Source: Escherichia coli
Lineage (GTDB): Bacteria > Pseudomonadota > Gammaproteobacteria > Enterobacterales > Enterobacteriaceae
NCBI RefSeq assembly: GCF_030013205.1
Contig: NZ_CP122648.1
DNA: 64,000 nt
Direction: 5' to 3' (one strand)
Under the pieces are notes generated by a model. That model had not been told where the DNA came from. It worked only from the letters and a program-made list of their open reading frames with translations, and ran no database searches. Of this stretch, positions 37,822-46,414 are shown in pieces (the first letter of the stretch is position 1; the number at the start of each line of letters is the position of its first letter). Made by a program: the position numbers and the translations under genes.

Positions 37822-38400
37822 ATGCCAGCAAGCAAAGAAGATTTGCGATTAAAACTGATGGAGGTGGTTAACGCTCTGTCAGAGTCGCAGGGCAGCACTC
37901 CGCAGGAGATTATCGAAATTCTGAATGCGATCCCCGCACAGGATTTCATAAAAGAGGATAACGCTAATCAAAACATCGTCGCGTCAGTCGAAGATGAATC
38001 CTCACTGGCAGAAGCCCAGGCCAAAGCGGATTCCGCATACAGCAATATGGGCCGTCGAGCTCCGGCCCCGTTTGCTGGTGAAAAGTCGATGGATTACCGC
38101 AAGCGTGCATTAATTGGCGCACAGAAGCTGGCTAAAAAATTCAGTGATGTGGATATTCGTTCCGTTTCAGATTCTGCAACGCTGGCGGTGCTGGAAGATC
38201 AGATTTACAAGGCTGCTCAGGAAAGTGCTCAGTGGGCCGTGGAAAACACGCCGGGTTATTTGACTAAAAAAGTCAGGATGGATGAAGCCGGGCGCCGGAT
38301 TACTGAATATCAGGGGGATCCGAATAACTGGCTTAGTGCTTTCAAAATCCCTCCCCGTCGCCTGGTCAAAATTAACGTTGCAAGCCTCGCGGGGGCATGA
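37822..38400 (+). CDS. hypothetical protein (192 aa), first gene of the morphogenesis-like block
   Basis: ORF 37813..38400. The ATG at 37822 follows GAGGTGG. The protein is helical and acidic, with no motif recognised. Confidence 0.55.
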   Translation: MPASKEDLRLKLMEVVNALSESQGSTPQEIIEILNAIPAQDFIKEDNANQNIVASVEDESSLAEAQAKADSAYSNMGRRAPAPFAGEKSMDYRKRALIGAQKLAKKFSDVDIRSVSDSATLAVLEDQIYKAAQESAQWAVENTPGYLTKKVRMDEAGRRITEYQGDPNNWLSAFKIPPRRLVKINVASLAGA

Positions 38401-38464
38401 AAAACGTGCTGATTTCAGCCCTGCCGGATTTGGCGGGGCTTATTGATTATAACCGGGTGACATT

Positions 38465-39148
38465 ATGCTTTTAACAGAAATTGAGGCGGCAAAGCAGATT
38501 CGGGACGGTCAGCTACCGTCGCCTTATCAGTTCTCCAACATGTGGCTGGTTAACCTGCGTATTACAGGGACTGGCATGGCCTACCGCGCCGAAGAAAAAG
38601 AATTTGTCTGGCGTTCACCGCAAACTTATCTCAATCCGCAGTTCCTGGAACGTTGCGCCGGAGTACCCGTCATTATCGACCATCCCGAAGGCAAAACCAT
38701 TGAAGACGTTGGCGAACGGTCGCGCATTATTGGCACCGTCATGTTGCCGTATATTCGCGGTGACGAGGTGTGGGGTGTATGCCGGATTTACGGGCAGGAA
38801 ATCATCGATTACATCCAGAAAGCACGGGGGGAGGTATCCACCAGCCCGTCGGTTGTGTTTTGTGGTGCGTCCGGTGGGGCAGAAGTTCCTGATGTAATGG
38901 GCGAGGACAATTTTTTCATTGAGGGTACGCCATTTCTTATCGATCACGTTGCGCTCGTACCGTTGGGCGTATGGGATAAGGGCGGGAAACCATCAGGTGT
39001 GGAAGTAACAACGCCGACAGAAGAAGAACAGCTCGCCGGAATGGTCCGTGAAGTTATTGATGCGGCCTGCAAGCCAGCTCTGGAAAAACTGGAAGAAATA
39101 TCCGGGCGGCTGGATCAACTGGAAAAAAACAGAGTGAGTGAATCATGA
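38465..39148 (+). CDS. hypothetical phage-structural-module protein (227 aa), in the slot usually held by a major tail protein
   Basis: It lies directly upstream of the chaperone-like and tape-measure-like genes, and its stop overlaps the next start. The function is inferred from position only. Confidence 0.4.
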   Translation: MLLTEIEAAKQIRDGQLPSPYQFSNMWLVNLRITGTGMAYRAEEKEFVWRSPQTYLNPQFLERCAGVPVIIDHPEGKTIEDVGERSRIIGTVMLPYIRGDEVWGVCRIYGQEIIDYIQKARGEVSTSPSVVFCGASGGAEVPDVMGEDNFFIEGTPFLIDHVALVPLGVWDKGGKPSGVEVTTPTEEEQLAGMVREVIDAACKPALEKLEEISGRLDQLEKNRVSES

Positions 39149-39762
39149 AAATTGCTAAAAACTTAAATCTGATTATCCCTGTGCGCACTGAAAAGGGTAA
39201 TGGCTGGCTCCATGCCACGCCGATCAGCAAAGAGGTGTTTAAAGAGCATTTCTTCATCCTGAGTAAAACCTTTTCTGCCATTTTTTCTGAAGGTCTTGGT
39301 GTTGTTGCGGGTCCGCGCGTTGCCTGCCTTATGCTGGAGAAAATCTCCCGTGACTCCGGTTTATGGGATGGGGAGAAAGGCATACGTAATACGCTCATAA
39401 ACGAAATTATTCGCCTGGCAAACCTTGTTTATCCAGTGGAGGGCAAAGGCTACGACACAATCCCTCTCGATATGGCGCTGGAGCGTGAAATCGTTGATTT
39501 GGACGAAGTGGCGGGTGAACTTGTTTTTTTTACATGCGTCTCGTCGATAAATTCCCCGGAGCAGACGAAGGGGACTATGGATGCGGTGAATGGAATATGG
39601 AGCACTCAATGCTCGTCCTTGAGTCTTACGGAATGGATCGATTCATTGCCGACATTGAAGCCTGCCGTCAGTTCTGGCGCGACGGCGAACACGTCATCAG
39701 CGACATCCTCGACTACTCAGCCGGAGCCGGATTCAGAGACATCTGTGCAGATTCCGGTCTGA
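39145..39762 (+). CDS. tail-assembly-chaperone-like protein (G-like, 0 frame)
   Basis: 205-aa ORF immediately upstream of the tape-measure-like gene. It contains the slip site T TTT TTT at codons 127-129. The 0-frame tail after the slip site is S/T-rich and low-complexity. Confidence 0.5.
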   Translation: MKIAKNLNLIIPVRTEKGNGWLHATPISKEVFKEHFFILSKTFSAIFSEGLGVVAGPRVACLMLEKISRDSGLWDGEKGIRNTLINEIIRLANLVYPVEGKGYDTIPLDMALEREIVDLDEVAGELVFFTCVSSINSPEQTKGTMDAVNGIWSTQCSSLSLTEWIDSLPTLKPAVSSGATANTSSATSSTTQPEPDSETSVQIPV

Positions 39763-39827
39763 ATGTAAAAACAGCAGCTCAGTTTCGTGAGCTGCTCAAA
39801 TTCAAAAATCCCGCAGGAGTATTGTAA
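39525..39827 (+). other. putative -1 programmed frameshift site (39525-39531) plus T-like extension frame
   Basis: The T8 run at 39524-39531 gives the heptamer T TTT TTT in the 0 frame. The -1 frame is open from there to 39827 (..YMRLVDKFPGADEGDYGCGEW..FKNPAGVL). It ends in TAATG, overlapping the ATG of the tape-measure-like gene. Confidence 0.55.
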
Positions 39828-41866
39828 TGTCAGGTAATCAGATGCCAGTTCTGACGCTGGACGTTAATGAAGAACACCTCAAACGGCTTGAGGCAATTTT
39901 TGAAAAGTATCGCAACGGGCTGATGATCGGCCCTGCCGGAACGCCGATGAAAATACCGGGGCAAAGTGGGCGCAGCGTGGGGGCAGGCTTACCCGTGGCG
40001 GCAAAATCTGGTCGGACAGGACCGGATGTATCCGGGAGAGTGAGGGACGAAAAAGGGCGCTTTGTCGGCAGCGGAAAAACAGCAGATTCGTTCGTAAGCA
40101 ACTATAAAGGTCGCGGCGAAACGATGTTTGATAAGTATCTCAGCGGGCTGGGGAAAAATGCCCAACAGACGCTGAAAACTTACAAGCAGATCAATTCTAC
40201 ACTACAGACGACCACTTCAAGATTAAACAACCTGTTTAAAACAACCGTATCGTGGGGAACAAAACTCTCGGTTATGGGCGTTGCCGGACCGTTTGGCTTT
40301 GGCATGATGTCCCGTAGTGTTGTAGAGAAACAGAAAAATGCAGATGAGCTGGTGGCAACGCCAGGAGAGTTAAAGGCGGCAGAAAGCACTTATTCGCCTT
40401 ATTTTTCCGGTGTTGGCAATGTGCTCAATACACTGGCAGCAGCACAAAATGATATATCGCATCCTGCCCGCGTCGGCCTGCTTAATCTGGGGCTAAATCC
40501 TGATAAAAACGCGACTGAAAACCTGCCTGTATTCCTGAAAAAGGTTGCAGAGCTGGCAAAGGAATATCAGGGAAGTGGTCTTACCCAGAGCATGCTCAGG
40601 GGAAGAGGGCTTGGATGGGTAAATTTTGGTCTTACTAACCAGTTAGTCAAATATCAGGACAAAATACCTGAACTCAACAAAGAGTTTTCGTTACGTGCAG
40701 CGCAGAATGATTCGTTACTGACCTCTGCACATACAAGTAAATATCAGAATATTACCAGTAACCTGGAAAAAAACTGGGATCGGCTTACCAGCGGATTTCA
40801 GGGAGCAATGGCGGGGAATGAAGACGCTTTAATCAGAATGTCTGATGGTGCCACGAATGCTGCCCTGAATTTCATGAATGGTGAGAACTTTAAAAGGATT
40901 CTGACGGATGTAGAAACGGGGCTGGATAAACTTGGTAAGTACGTAAATGGCCCGGATTTTAATAACGACCTGAACAATTTTGCCGAAAACGTTGCAAAGG
41001 TTGTTAAGGCACTTAGCGGGTTTGTTGGTTTTGCGGTTGAACATCCCTGGCTTTTTGGGGCCGCAGTACTTGCTGGACCATCGAGAGTTGGTGCTGTGGC
41101 AGCCACAACGACCGGAGTTGCCGCCCGTGTTGTTGGTGGAAGTCTTCTTGGGGCTACAGCCGGAACAGTAGCTGGATTGGCTATTCCTACAAATGACACA
41201 CCTACCACCAGTGAGGAAATGAAAGGGCTGGAGGGGCGTTTCAACTTTGATTATTTTAACGAAGTGCAGGAGTGGCAAAAAAACAATCCGGGTAAGGTCT
41301 GGCCTGGAGGATTGCAGGGATTTTCAAATCAAGTAAACAGATCTGCATATTTATCCAGAGGGATCAGGAATAACAATCCCGGAAATCTTAATTTCGCAGG
41401 ACAAAAAGGGGCTACCCTGGAATCGGGGCCAAATGCCCGTTTTGCCAGCTTCCCGACGATGCTGGAAGGCATTGCCGCCTTAGATCGGCAGGTAATGCTA
41501 TACCTGAAACGCGGCAAAAATACGATTGATCAGATTATTGATATTTATGCCCCTTCATCTGATGGAAATAACACATCGTCCTATAAAAGCTATCTCTCTC
41601 AGTACACCGGATTAGGTGTTAAGGAGAAAATCGATGGTTCTAATTTTGAGGTCATGAAAAAGCTAATTCAGGGCATTATTAACCATGAAAATGGTGCTGC
41701 CGCTAAAGCTGTAAGTGTTGAAGATGTGATCCGGGCGCTGGCTATGAATCGTGGGATTGTCCCTGCAGCAGGAAACAATGATCAGAACGTTAAGTTGGAA
41801 ATTGTTCGGAACGCTGGTGCCGATTACTTCGCGCAACTAATTGGTGCTCAACGGTTCCTGGGATGA
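39827..41866 (+). CDS. tape-measure-like protein (679 aa)
   Basis: It has a long helical N-terminal part, then a Gly/Ala-rich hydrophobic segment (FGAAVLAGPSRVGAVAATTTGVAARVVGGSLLGATAGTVAGLAIP). The C-terminal globular domain carries RNNNPGNLNF. The gene follows the chaperone-like gene. Confidence 0.55.
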   Translation: MSGNQMPVLTLDVNEEHLKRLEAIFEKYRNGLMIGPAGTPMKIPGQSGRSVGAGLPVAAKSGRTGPDVSGRVRDEKGRFVGSGKTADSFVSNYKGRGETMFDKYLSGLGKNAQQTLKTYKQINSTLQTTTSRLNNLFKTTVSWGTKLSVMGVAGPFGFGMMSRSVVEKQKNADELVATPGELKAAESTYSPYFSGVGNVLNTLAAAQNDISHPARVGLLNLGLNPDKNATENLPVFLKKVAELAKEYQGSGLTQSMLRGRGLGWVNFGLTNQLVKYQDKIPELNKEFSLRAAQNDSLLTSAHTSKYQNITSNLEKNWDRLTSGFQGAMAGNEDALIRMSDGATNAALNFMNGENFKRILTDVETGLDKLGKYVNGPDFNNDLNNFAENVAKVVKALSGFVGFAVEHPWLFGAAVLAGPSRVGAVAATTTGVAARVVGGSLLGATAGTVAGLAIPTNDTPTTSEEMKGLEGRFNFDYFNEVQEWQKNNPGKVWPGGLQGFSNQVNRSAYLSRGIRNNNPGNLNFAGQKGATLESGPNARFASFPTMLEGIAALDRQVMLYLKRGKNTIDQIIDIYAPSSDGNNTSSYKSYLSQYTGLGVKEKIDGSNFEVMKKLIQGIINHENGAAAKAVSVEDVIRALAMNRGIVPAAGNNDQNVKLEIVRNAGADYFAQLIGAQRFLG

Positions 41867-41917
41867 TTTAAATACACGCGCTTTCCGGCGCATTAATACA
41901 GTCTGAGGGGAAGTGTC

Positions 41918-42445
41918 ATGTTTATGAGCAAGGCAGAATATGCCAAACACAAAGGCGTAAGCCGCCAGACAGTTTACGACTGGATCGAGAAAGGCGAAGT
42001 GATCATGTCTGGCAAAAAAATTGATGTGGAAGCGACAGAGCAGCGGAACAGCCCACCAGCACAGGGAAAAGATACCGTTTCTGAAATGTGGCCAGAGAGA
42101 ACGCTGGAAATGACGTGGGGCGAGTTCTGGAAAGCAGTTAAGGCCAGAGACGGTAAAATCCCTGCACCAGTAACGGACAATGACATACAGCAGCGTGTAC
42201 AGGATGCAGCCGGGGAACTATGCTGTGAAGTGCAATTTCTTGATGATGGTGCTATCTGCCTTGAGGATTATGCTGGGCAATATTACTTTGAGCAGTATGA
42301 TTTTCGGGAAAATGCCAGGCTGGCAATTCGTATGCTGCGTTGTGAGCTCTGCTATGTTGCAGGTGATTGTCCCGATGAGCTGGATAACTGGAGTGAAGCC
42401 GGACTAAACGCCCTGGCTGAGTGGGAAAAATCAGGCCATCAATGA
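41918..42445 (+). CDS. Nu1/TerS-like winged-HTH protein (175 aa)
   Basis: The N-terminus MSKAEYAKHKGVSRQTVYDWIEKGEV resembles lambda Nu1-type small terminase HTH domains. A repeat field lies immediately downstream. Confidence 0.5.
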   Translation: MFMSKAEYAKHKGVSRQTVYDWIEKGEVIMSGKKIDVEATEQRNSPPAQGKDTVSEMWPERTLEMTWGEFWKAVKARDGKIPAPVTDNDIQQRVQDAAGELCCEVQFLDDGAICLEDYAGQYYFEQYDFRENARLAIRMLRCELCYVAGDCPDELDNWSEAGLNALAEWEKSGHQ

Positions 42446-42450
42446 CCTCA

Positions 42451-42732
42451 AAAAGTGTCAAGTTGAGCAGCTTGCCAGGTTGACACTTTACACTCTGAAC
42501 GCGAAAAAGTGTCAACCTCGCTGTAAGCCCCGCCATTACTGGCCTTTCGCCAGATTTACCACGTCAAAAAGCCGAAAAAATCGCGAAAAGTGTCAAGTTG
42601 CCATGCTTAGAAATGCTAAGGTTTGATAAGGTTTTTCGCGAAAAAGTGTCAAGTGTGTCAACCTGCGATGTTAAGATTTGTTAAGGTCTTAAGCCGGAAA
42701 GTGTCAACCAGCCCCCTAAGATTTCCTAAGGT
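42451..42732. repeat. repeat field: at least 6 copies of AAAGTGTCAA(C/G) interleaved with TAAG..TAAGGT repeats (candidate cosB/pac-like or second origin)
   Basis: AAAGTGTCAA copies lie at 42451-62, 42479-91 (inverted), 42503-17, 42585-600, 42641-62 (double) and 42686-700. Three carry the extended form CGCGAAAAAGTGTCAA. The second family reads CTTAGAAATGCTAAGGTTTGATAAGGT, GTTAAGATTTGTTAAGGT and CCTAAGATTTCCTAAGGT. Confidence 0.75.
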
Positions 42733-42739
42733 GTAAACC

Positions 42740-42919
42740 ATGACCATCACCGAAGCCGATTTGCTGGAGATGATCCGCAGCATTGCCGGAATCAAACAAC
42801 CAGCAAGCAAAATTAACAGGTGTTCAGCGCCTGTTTCCGTTGTGCTGCAGCAGGAACGCCACCAGCATGATGATGTGAGGCCGTATCAGTGGCGGAAACC
42901 GGACAGGCCGCGACGGTGA
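42740..42919 (+). CDS. possible small ORF (59 aa)
   Basis: Unlisted ORF MTITEADLLEMIRSIAGIKQPASKINRC.. It starts just after the repeat field. No motif and only a weak RBS, so it may be a gene remnant. Confidence 0.25.
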   Translation: MTITEADLLEMIRSIAGIKQPASKINRCSAPVSVVLQQERHQHDDVRPYQWRKPDRPRR

Positions 42920-43211
42920 GCGGAACGTTCGGTAAGGCTACAGCCAAGCCAAACATTAAGCCTACGGGTAACCCTTCGAAGGGGCTTTAAAGGGGAGATG
43001 ATTATCCTTACCAGTTGATAAACAAGCAAACCTCAAATTTGAGGTTTGTATCTGCCTGACTTATTTTTGTGCTAAGTTGTTGATATATCCGACGACACAA
43101 ATTTGCGTTCTGTGGCTGGTGGTGGCGAGTTACGACCGATCATTTCCTTCCTGGCAGGTTACATCCTGCTGCTCAACTACTACGGTAGCCACTACGATTA
43201 ACTACGCGATG

Positions 43212-43240
43212 CCGATATGGGGATTCCCATATCGGTTTAT
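43212..43240 (+). terminator. intrinsic terminator
   Basis: Perfect 10-bp stem CCGATATGGG/CCCATATCGG with loop GATT, followed by TTTAT. Confidence 0.6.
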
Positions 43241-43306
43241 CCGTGATCATCCACCAGCTTGATCACGGTTAACAGGGGATGTGTAATCCCCAAGCGAGTG
43301 ATAAAT

Positions 43307-43336
43307 GTGTATAGAAATGTGTATAGAATTTATTTT
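43307..43336 (+). repeat. arm-type repeat GTGTATAGAAATGTGTATAGAATTTATTTT (partner of 29271-29307)
   Basis: See the partner feature. It lies 50 bp left of the second att core. Confidence 0.6.
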
Positions 43337-43385
43337 AGAACTCGCGAATGCGCCTTTATTACTGGCCTTGTGGCTTGTTGTATTG

Positions 43386-43403
43386 TTCCCTTCGCCCGCT
43401 CCA
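43386..43403 (+). repeat. att core copy 2: TTCCCTTCGCCCGCTCCA (18-bp direct repeat of the glyU 3' end)
   Basis: Exact match to 29138-29155. Confidence 0.9.
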
Positions 43404-43900
43404 GAATCTCCCCAGGTGGAGAAGACTAAAAAAGTCTTCTCTGTCAGCAACTTAAACAGTTACCTATTTAATTTGCTTAGGAGTTCTACCATTGTGATCC
43501 GCCCTTAGTAACTGTCACGTTAAGTTACTCGGTGAGATGACAGTATAACCTAACGTTGGCGGCAGTTGCACCTCTCACACCGCGATAGCACAACGTGAAG
43601 ATAAAGCCCATCCTGGCATTGTAATGTCATCGACAGACTGAACACACGCATTTAAGCCCGATGTGCGGCCTTGTGGCTGCGTAAACAGGTTTATGGTGAT
43701 ATTGGTCCTTGCAAACCATATGCAAGCTCTATCAGCGTTTCAGCCACGCTCCCAACGGGTACACGGTTATCCTGATAAGGTGTGATCTTTCTGACAATCT
43801 GATGAAGTCGCTACGCTCCCGCTTGTTGCTGTATCACCAACGGGGCTTTATGGTTTCTATTGTCTATAATAATCTCACAATTCCCCTGCATGAGGTTGAT

Positions 43901-44107
43901 ATGACTGTTAGCTACAAGATTACTTATGAGCATAGAGACGGTGATCAAATTAGAATGGAAGAGGTTTTATTCCATTCAGAGCATGAACCAACAAAAGATG
44001 AAATTCATGATGCAGTAAGAAAAGATACTGTGAGATTTAATTCTCCATCTAATGGAGTAACGGCTGTTTCAGGGTTTAAAGTGATTTCGGTTGTCCCTGT
44101 TCCATGA
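43901..44107 (+). CDS. hypothetical protein (68 aa)
   Basis: The internal ATG of ORF 43709..44107 is preceded by GAGG (tgaggttgatATG). Product begins MTVSYKITYEHRDGDQIRMEE... Confidence 0.45.
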   Translation: MTVSYKITYEHRDGDQIRMEEVLFHSEHEPTKDEIHDAVRKDTVRFNSPSNGVTAVSGFKVISVVPVP

Positions 44108-44140
44108 ATGGTTATAGAAGGGGCTGGAAGCCCCTAATTA

Positions 44141-44461
44141 TTACTTCTTAATATCGCCAGTGCATTGATATTCGATAGTCACAAGTGTTTGCATACAACC
44201 AGATGAAGAAGGTTGTGAACATTGAGAAGTGAATCCACCAAAAGGCTCGGCTCCTGAATATCCCCAAGCGGCACAACGCGCTTTGGCTGCATTCATGCCT
44301 TGTTGTGGATCTACAACAGGACTTTCAAACATACCGTAAGAATAACTCATCCTAACTGTGCCGTCTGATTTGCTTCCACCAGTTGGAACGAGTTGTTTTT
44401 TTGTTGCACATCCAGAAATAATCAATGTTGAAGCAAGTAACAGCATTAAACTTTTGCGCAT
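44141..44461 (-). CDS. small lipoprotein (YecR-like by recollection)
   Basis: 106 aa. The signal peptide and lipobox read MRKSLMLLLASTLIISGC. The mature part contains four Cys. Confidence 0.65.
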   Translation of the reverse strand: MRKSLMLLLASTLIISGCATKKQLVPTGGSKSDGTVRMSYSYGMFESPVVDPQQGMNAAKARCAAWGYSGAEPFGGFTSQCSQPSSSGCMQTLVTIEYQCTGDIKK

Positions 44462-44605
44462 GTAAATAATCCCAAGAGATAATGGTTATGTATTGATTTA
44501 AAGCGTTTTTAGATTAATGCATTAACTTAGCAAAATTAAGTCTTTTCTGATTGTTTGCAGAGTAAAAATGAGTTGCTTTCGAAATTATTTCGGATGTTTA
44601 TTGTA

Positions 44606-44773
44606 TTACGGTTTTTCAAACCGTCTAACTATTGTCGCTATTGAATGGGCAATAATAGCAAGAGGATTCATTTCGTCATTGGAGGCAACAAAAAGTCGGT
44701 AACTGATAGCTACAACGAATGAAACAATAACGAGAAAGCGGATAGTGCTAAGATGTTTTGAAGATAAATGCAT
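44606..44773 (-). CDS. possible 55-aa hydrophobic peptide
   Basis: Unlisted ORF MHLSSKHLSTIRFLVIVSFVVAISYRLFVASNDEMNPLAIIAHSIATIVRRFEKP. No clear RBS. Confidence 0.25.
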   Translation of the reverse strand: MHLSSKHLSTIRFLVIVSFVVAISYRLFVASNDEMNPLAIIAHSIATIVRRFEKP

Positions 44774-45113
44774 AACGCCCCCTAAATGAATGTGAGGGGG
44801 ATTAAATCATGCAAATTTGTTGTGTGCAATACTGGTAATTTATCCTAATAGTCTACTATTCACCTCAATCTACGTCAACCAATATTTGATGTAGATTTGA
44901 TTTTCTTTTAAAAACAATATGTTGCAATTTGTTGGGTTTTGGGGTTAGGTTGTTTTTTGGACGTTTCCATCAAGTGTAAAGATACGTTTAGCCTTCATAG
45001 TGAGTTCAGTTACTGTCTTTTTCTCTGAAATCGGCGCATACGTGATCATCGCTTAACGAGAAGATCAGCGCCGTCAGGTCCATGCAGCGACAATTCTGAA
45101 ATATCAGGAGGCA

Positions 45114-45665
45114 TTACGCTTCCTGCTCTTTCTTGATACGTTGCACCGTCTGTGTGCTGACACTGAAATCTTTTGCTACGCTCCGAATTGATCCACCATT
45201 CGCGAGAGCGGCAACAATTCCCGCTCGATCAATTGCTTTTCCATTACCACGTTTTGCTATACGCCCAGCTGCCTTAGCTGCGGCGATCCCTTCACGTTGA
45301 CGCTCAAGCATCATTTCACGTTCCATTTGTGCCACTGCTGCAAGCACTGTGAGCATCATATTCCCTGCGGGAGAGTTCTTCCCTGTCTTAAAGTCTTCTT
45401 TATGGAAATGCACAGACACGCCGCGCTCTGTTAATTGCTCAACCGTTGCCAGAAGGTCGGCTGTATTACGGCAAAGGCGATCAATACTGTGAACATGCAA
45501 AACATCACCTTCCCGCACATAGTTCATCATTGCCTCAAACTGTGGGCGCTGGGTATTCTTGCCTGACGCTTTATCTTCAAAGACTTTATCAAGAGCTACT
45601 CCAGCTAATTGACGGTCTGTGTTTTGTTGCACAGTCGATACCCTAATGTATCCAATATTAGCCAT
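45114..45665 (-). CDS. serine recombinase (resolvase/invertase family)
   Basis: 183 aa. The N-terminus MANIGYIRVSTVQQNTDRQ contains the catalytic Ser. It also has the DRLCRN motif and a C-terminal HTH (GGSIRSVAKDFSVSTQTVQRI). Confidence 0.9.
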   Translation of the reverse strand: MANIGYIRVSTVQQNTDRQLAGVALDKVFEDKASGKNTQRPQFEAMMNYVREGDVLHVHSIDRLCRNTADLLATVEQLTERGVSVHFHKEDFKTGKNSPAGNMMLTVLAAVAQMEREMMLERQREGIAAAKAAGRIAKRGNGKAIDRAGIVAALANGGSIRSVAKDFSVSTQTVQRIKKEQEA

Positions 45666-45680
45666 TTTCTTTATTCCTTC

Positions 45681-45798
45681 TGTGTTGATTTGTGTGTAGT
45701 GATTATTGATCGTGTTGATTAGGTGTGTAAAGGACTTTTTTCACTACGAAATTCGAAGGTTTTTAGTGTGGTGATTTAGCCTGCTTTATCACTACACG
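45681..45798. promoter_or_regulatory. res-like nested imperfect inverted repeats upstream of the recombinase gene
   Basis: TGTGTAGTGAT (45693-703) pairs with ATCACTACACG (45788-98). TCACTACGAA (45741-50) pairs with TAGTGTGGTGA (45765-75). There are also direct repeats TGTGTTGATT / CGTGTTGATT. Confidence 0.45.
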
Positions 45799-46166
45799 TC
45801 TTGCATGAGAATCATGTAGTTACGTTTTGGTAAAATTAGCAAGCTATTAAATAGTGTGTTTATTTTGAAAAAATAATTTTTTGTTGCATTAAAGAAAACT
45901 TGTTCGACAAATAATAGATTGATTTTTAATCAATAATTTCTGATAGTGCTCTGTAAGCCGCATTACACAAGGCTTTGCGAAAGTGATGTAAAAGTGAAGA
46001 AAGTAAGAATTGCACTTTTAAGCTACTTTTCATTGAATTTTTAGTATGGAATTACACAGGGATTAATCATCAATTACATTGAATTTAAGCCTGTTTTAGA
46101 TGTTTAATTTTGGTAGCAAGAAACACTTTTAGAAGATCATTGCACAGATGTTATGTGATAAATGGA

Positions 46167-46325
46167 TGTAACGATGGGTTACATTCAGCTATCTGAAATA
46201 CTCTCTGTAAGAAATTTGGTAGTAACGATTCGTTACATAGACTAATTATTGAATGTAACGATATTACACATCGGTAGTAACGATACGTTACATCGGCAGA
46301 TGATTGGTTGTAACGAAAGGTTACA
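46167..46325. repeat. array of five phased 17-bp palindromes (T/A)GTAACGA-N3-(G/C)GTTACA
   Basis: Boxes: TGTAACGATGGGTTACA (46167-83), AGTAACGATTCGTTACA (46221-37), TGTAACGATATTACACA (46254-70), AGTAACGATACGTTACA (46276-92) and TGTAACGAAAGGTTACA (46309-25). Centre spacings are 54, 33, 22 and 33 bp. The T-type and A-type boxes alternate. Confidence 0.8.
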
Positions 46326-46414
46326 CAATAAGACTAACATCTATAATACTAATAATAAAACTAACTATTAAACTATATAATATAATTCTTTTTTATCTTT
46401 ATAAGAATAATTAT

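Larger units (their letters stand above)
29156..43403 (+). mobile_element. Island 1: glyU-integrated PICI/P4-like satellite-type island (~14.2 kb)
   Basis: It starts immediately after the tRNA and ends with an 18-bp copy of the tRNA 3' end (43386-43403). The integrase lies next to the tRNA, followed by alpA, a primase, an iteron origin and a packaging-like module. Confidence 0.8.

Noticed and set aside
39534-39827. 97-aa ORF treated as an independent gene.
   Set aside because: Its ATG has no RBS and lies 3 nt after a T TTT TTT slip site inside the upstream ORF. The frame is open back to the slip site and ends in TAATG with the next gene. It is better explained as the -1 extension (T part) of a G/GT-type chaperone, or as the result of a homopolymer error.
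43077-43262. Listed 61-aa ORF at the right end of Island 1.
   Set aside because: It has no RBS, and its frame reads through a strong terminator hairpin and a palindrome. It is likely non-coding. An alternative 29-codon frame is noted only as a low-confidence finding.
36237-46325. Repeat arrays (36237-36575, 42451-42732, 46167-46325) considered as CRISPR arrays.
   Set aside because: The repeats are 10-17 bp, occur in both orientations and have irregular short spacers. There are no cas genes. They fit iterons, operators or packaging sites instead.
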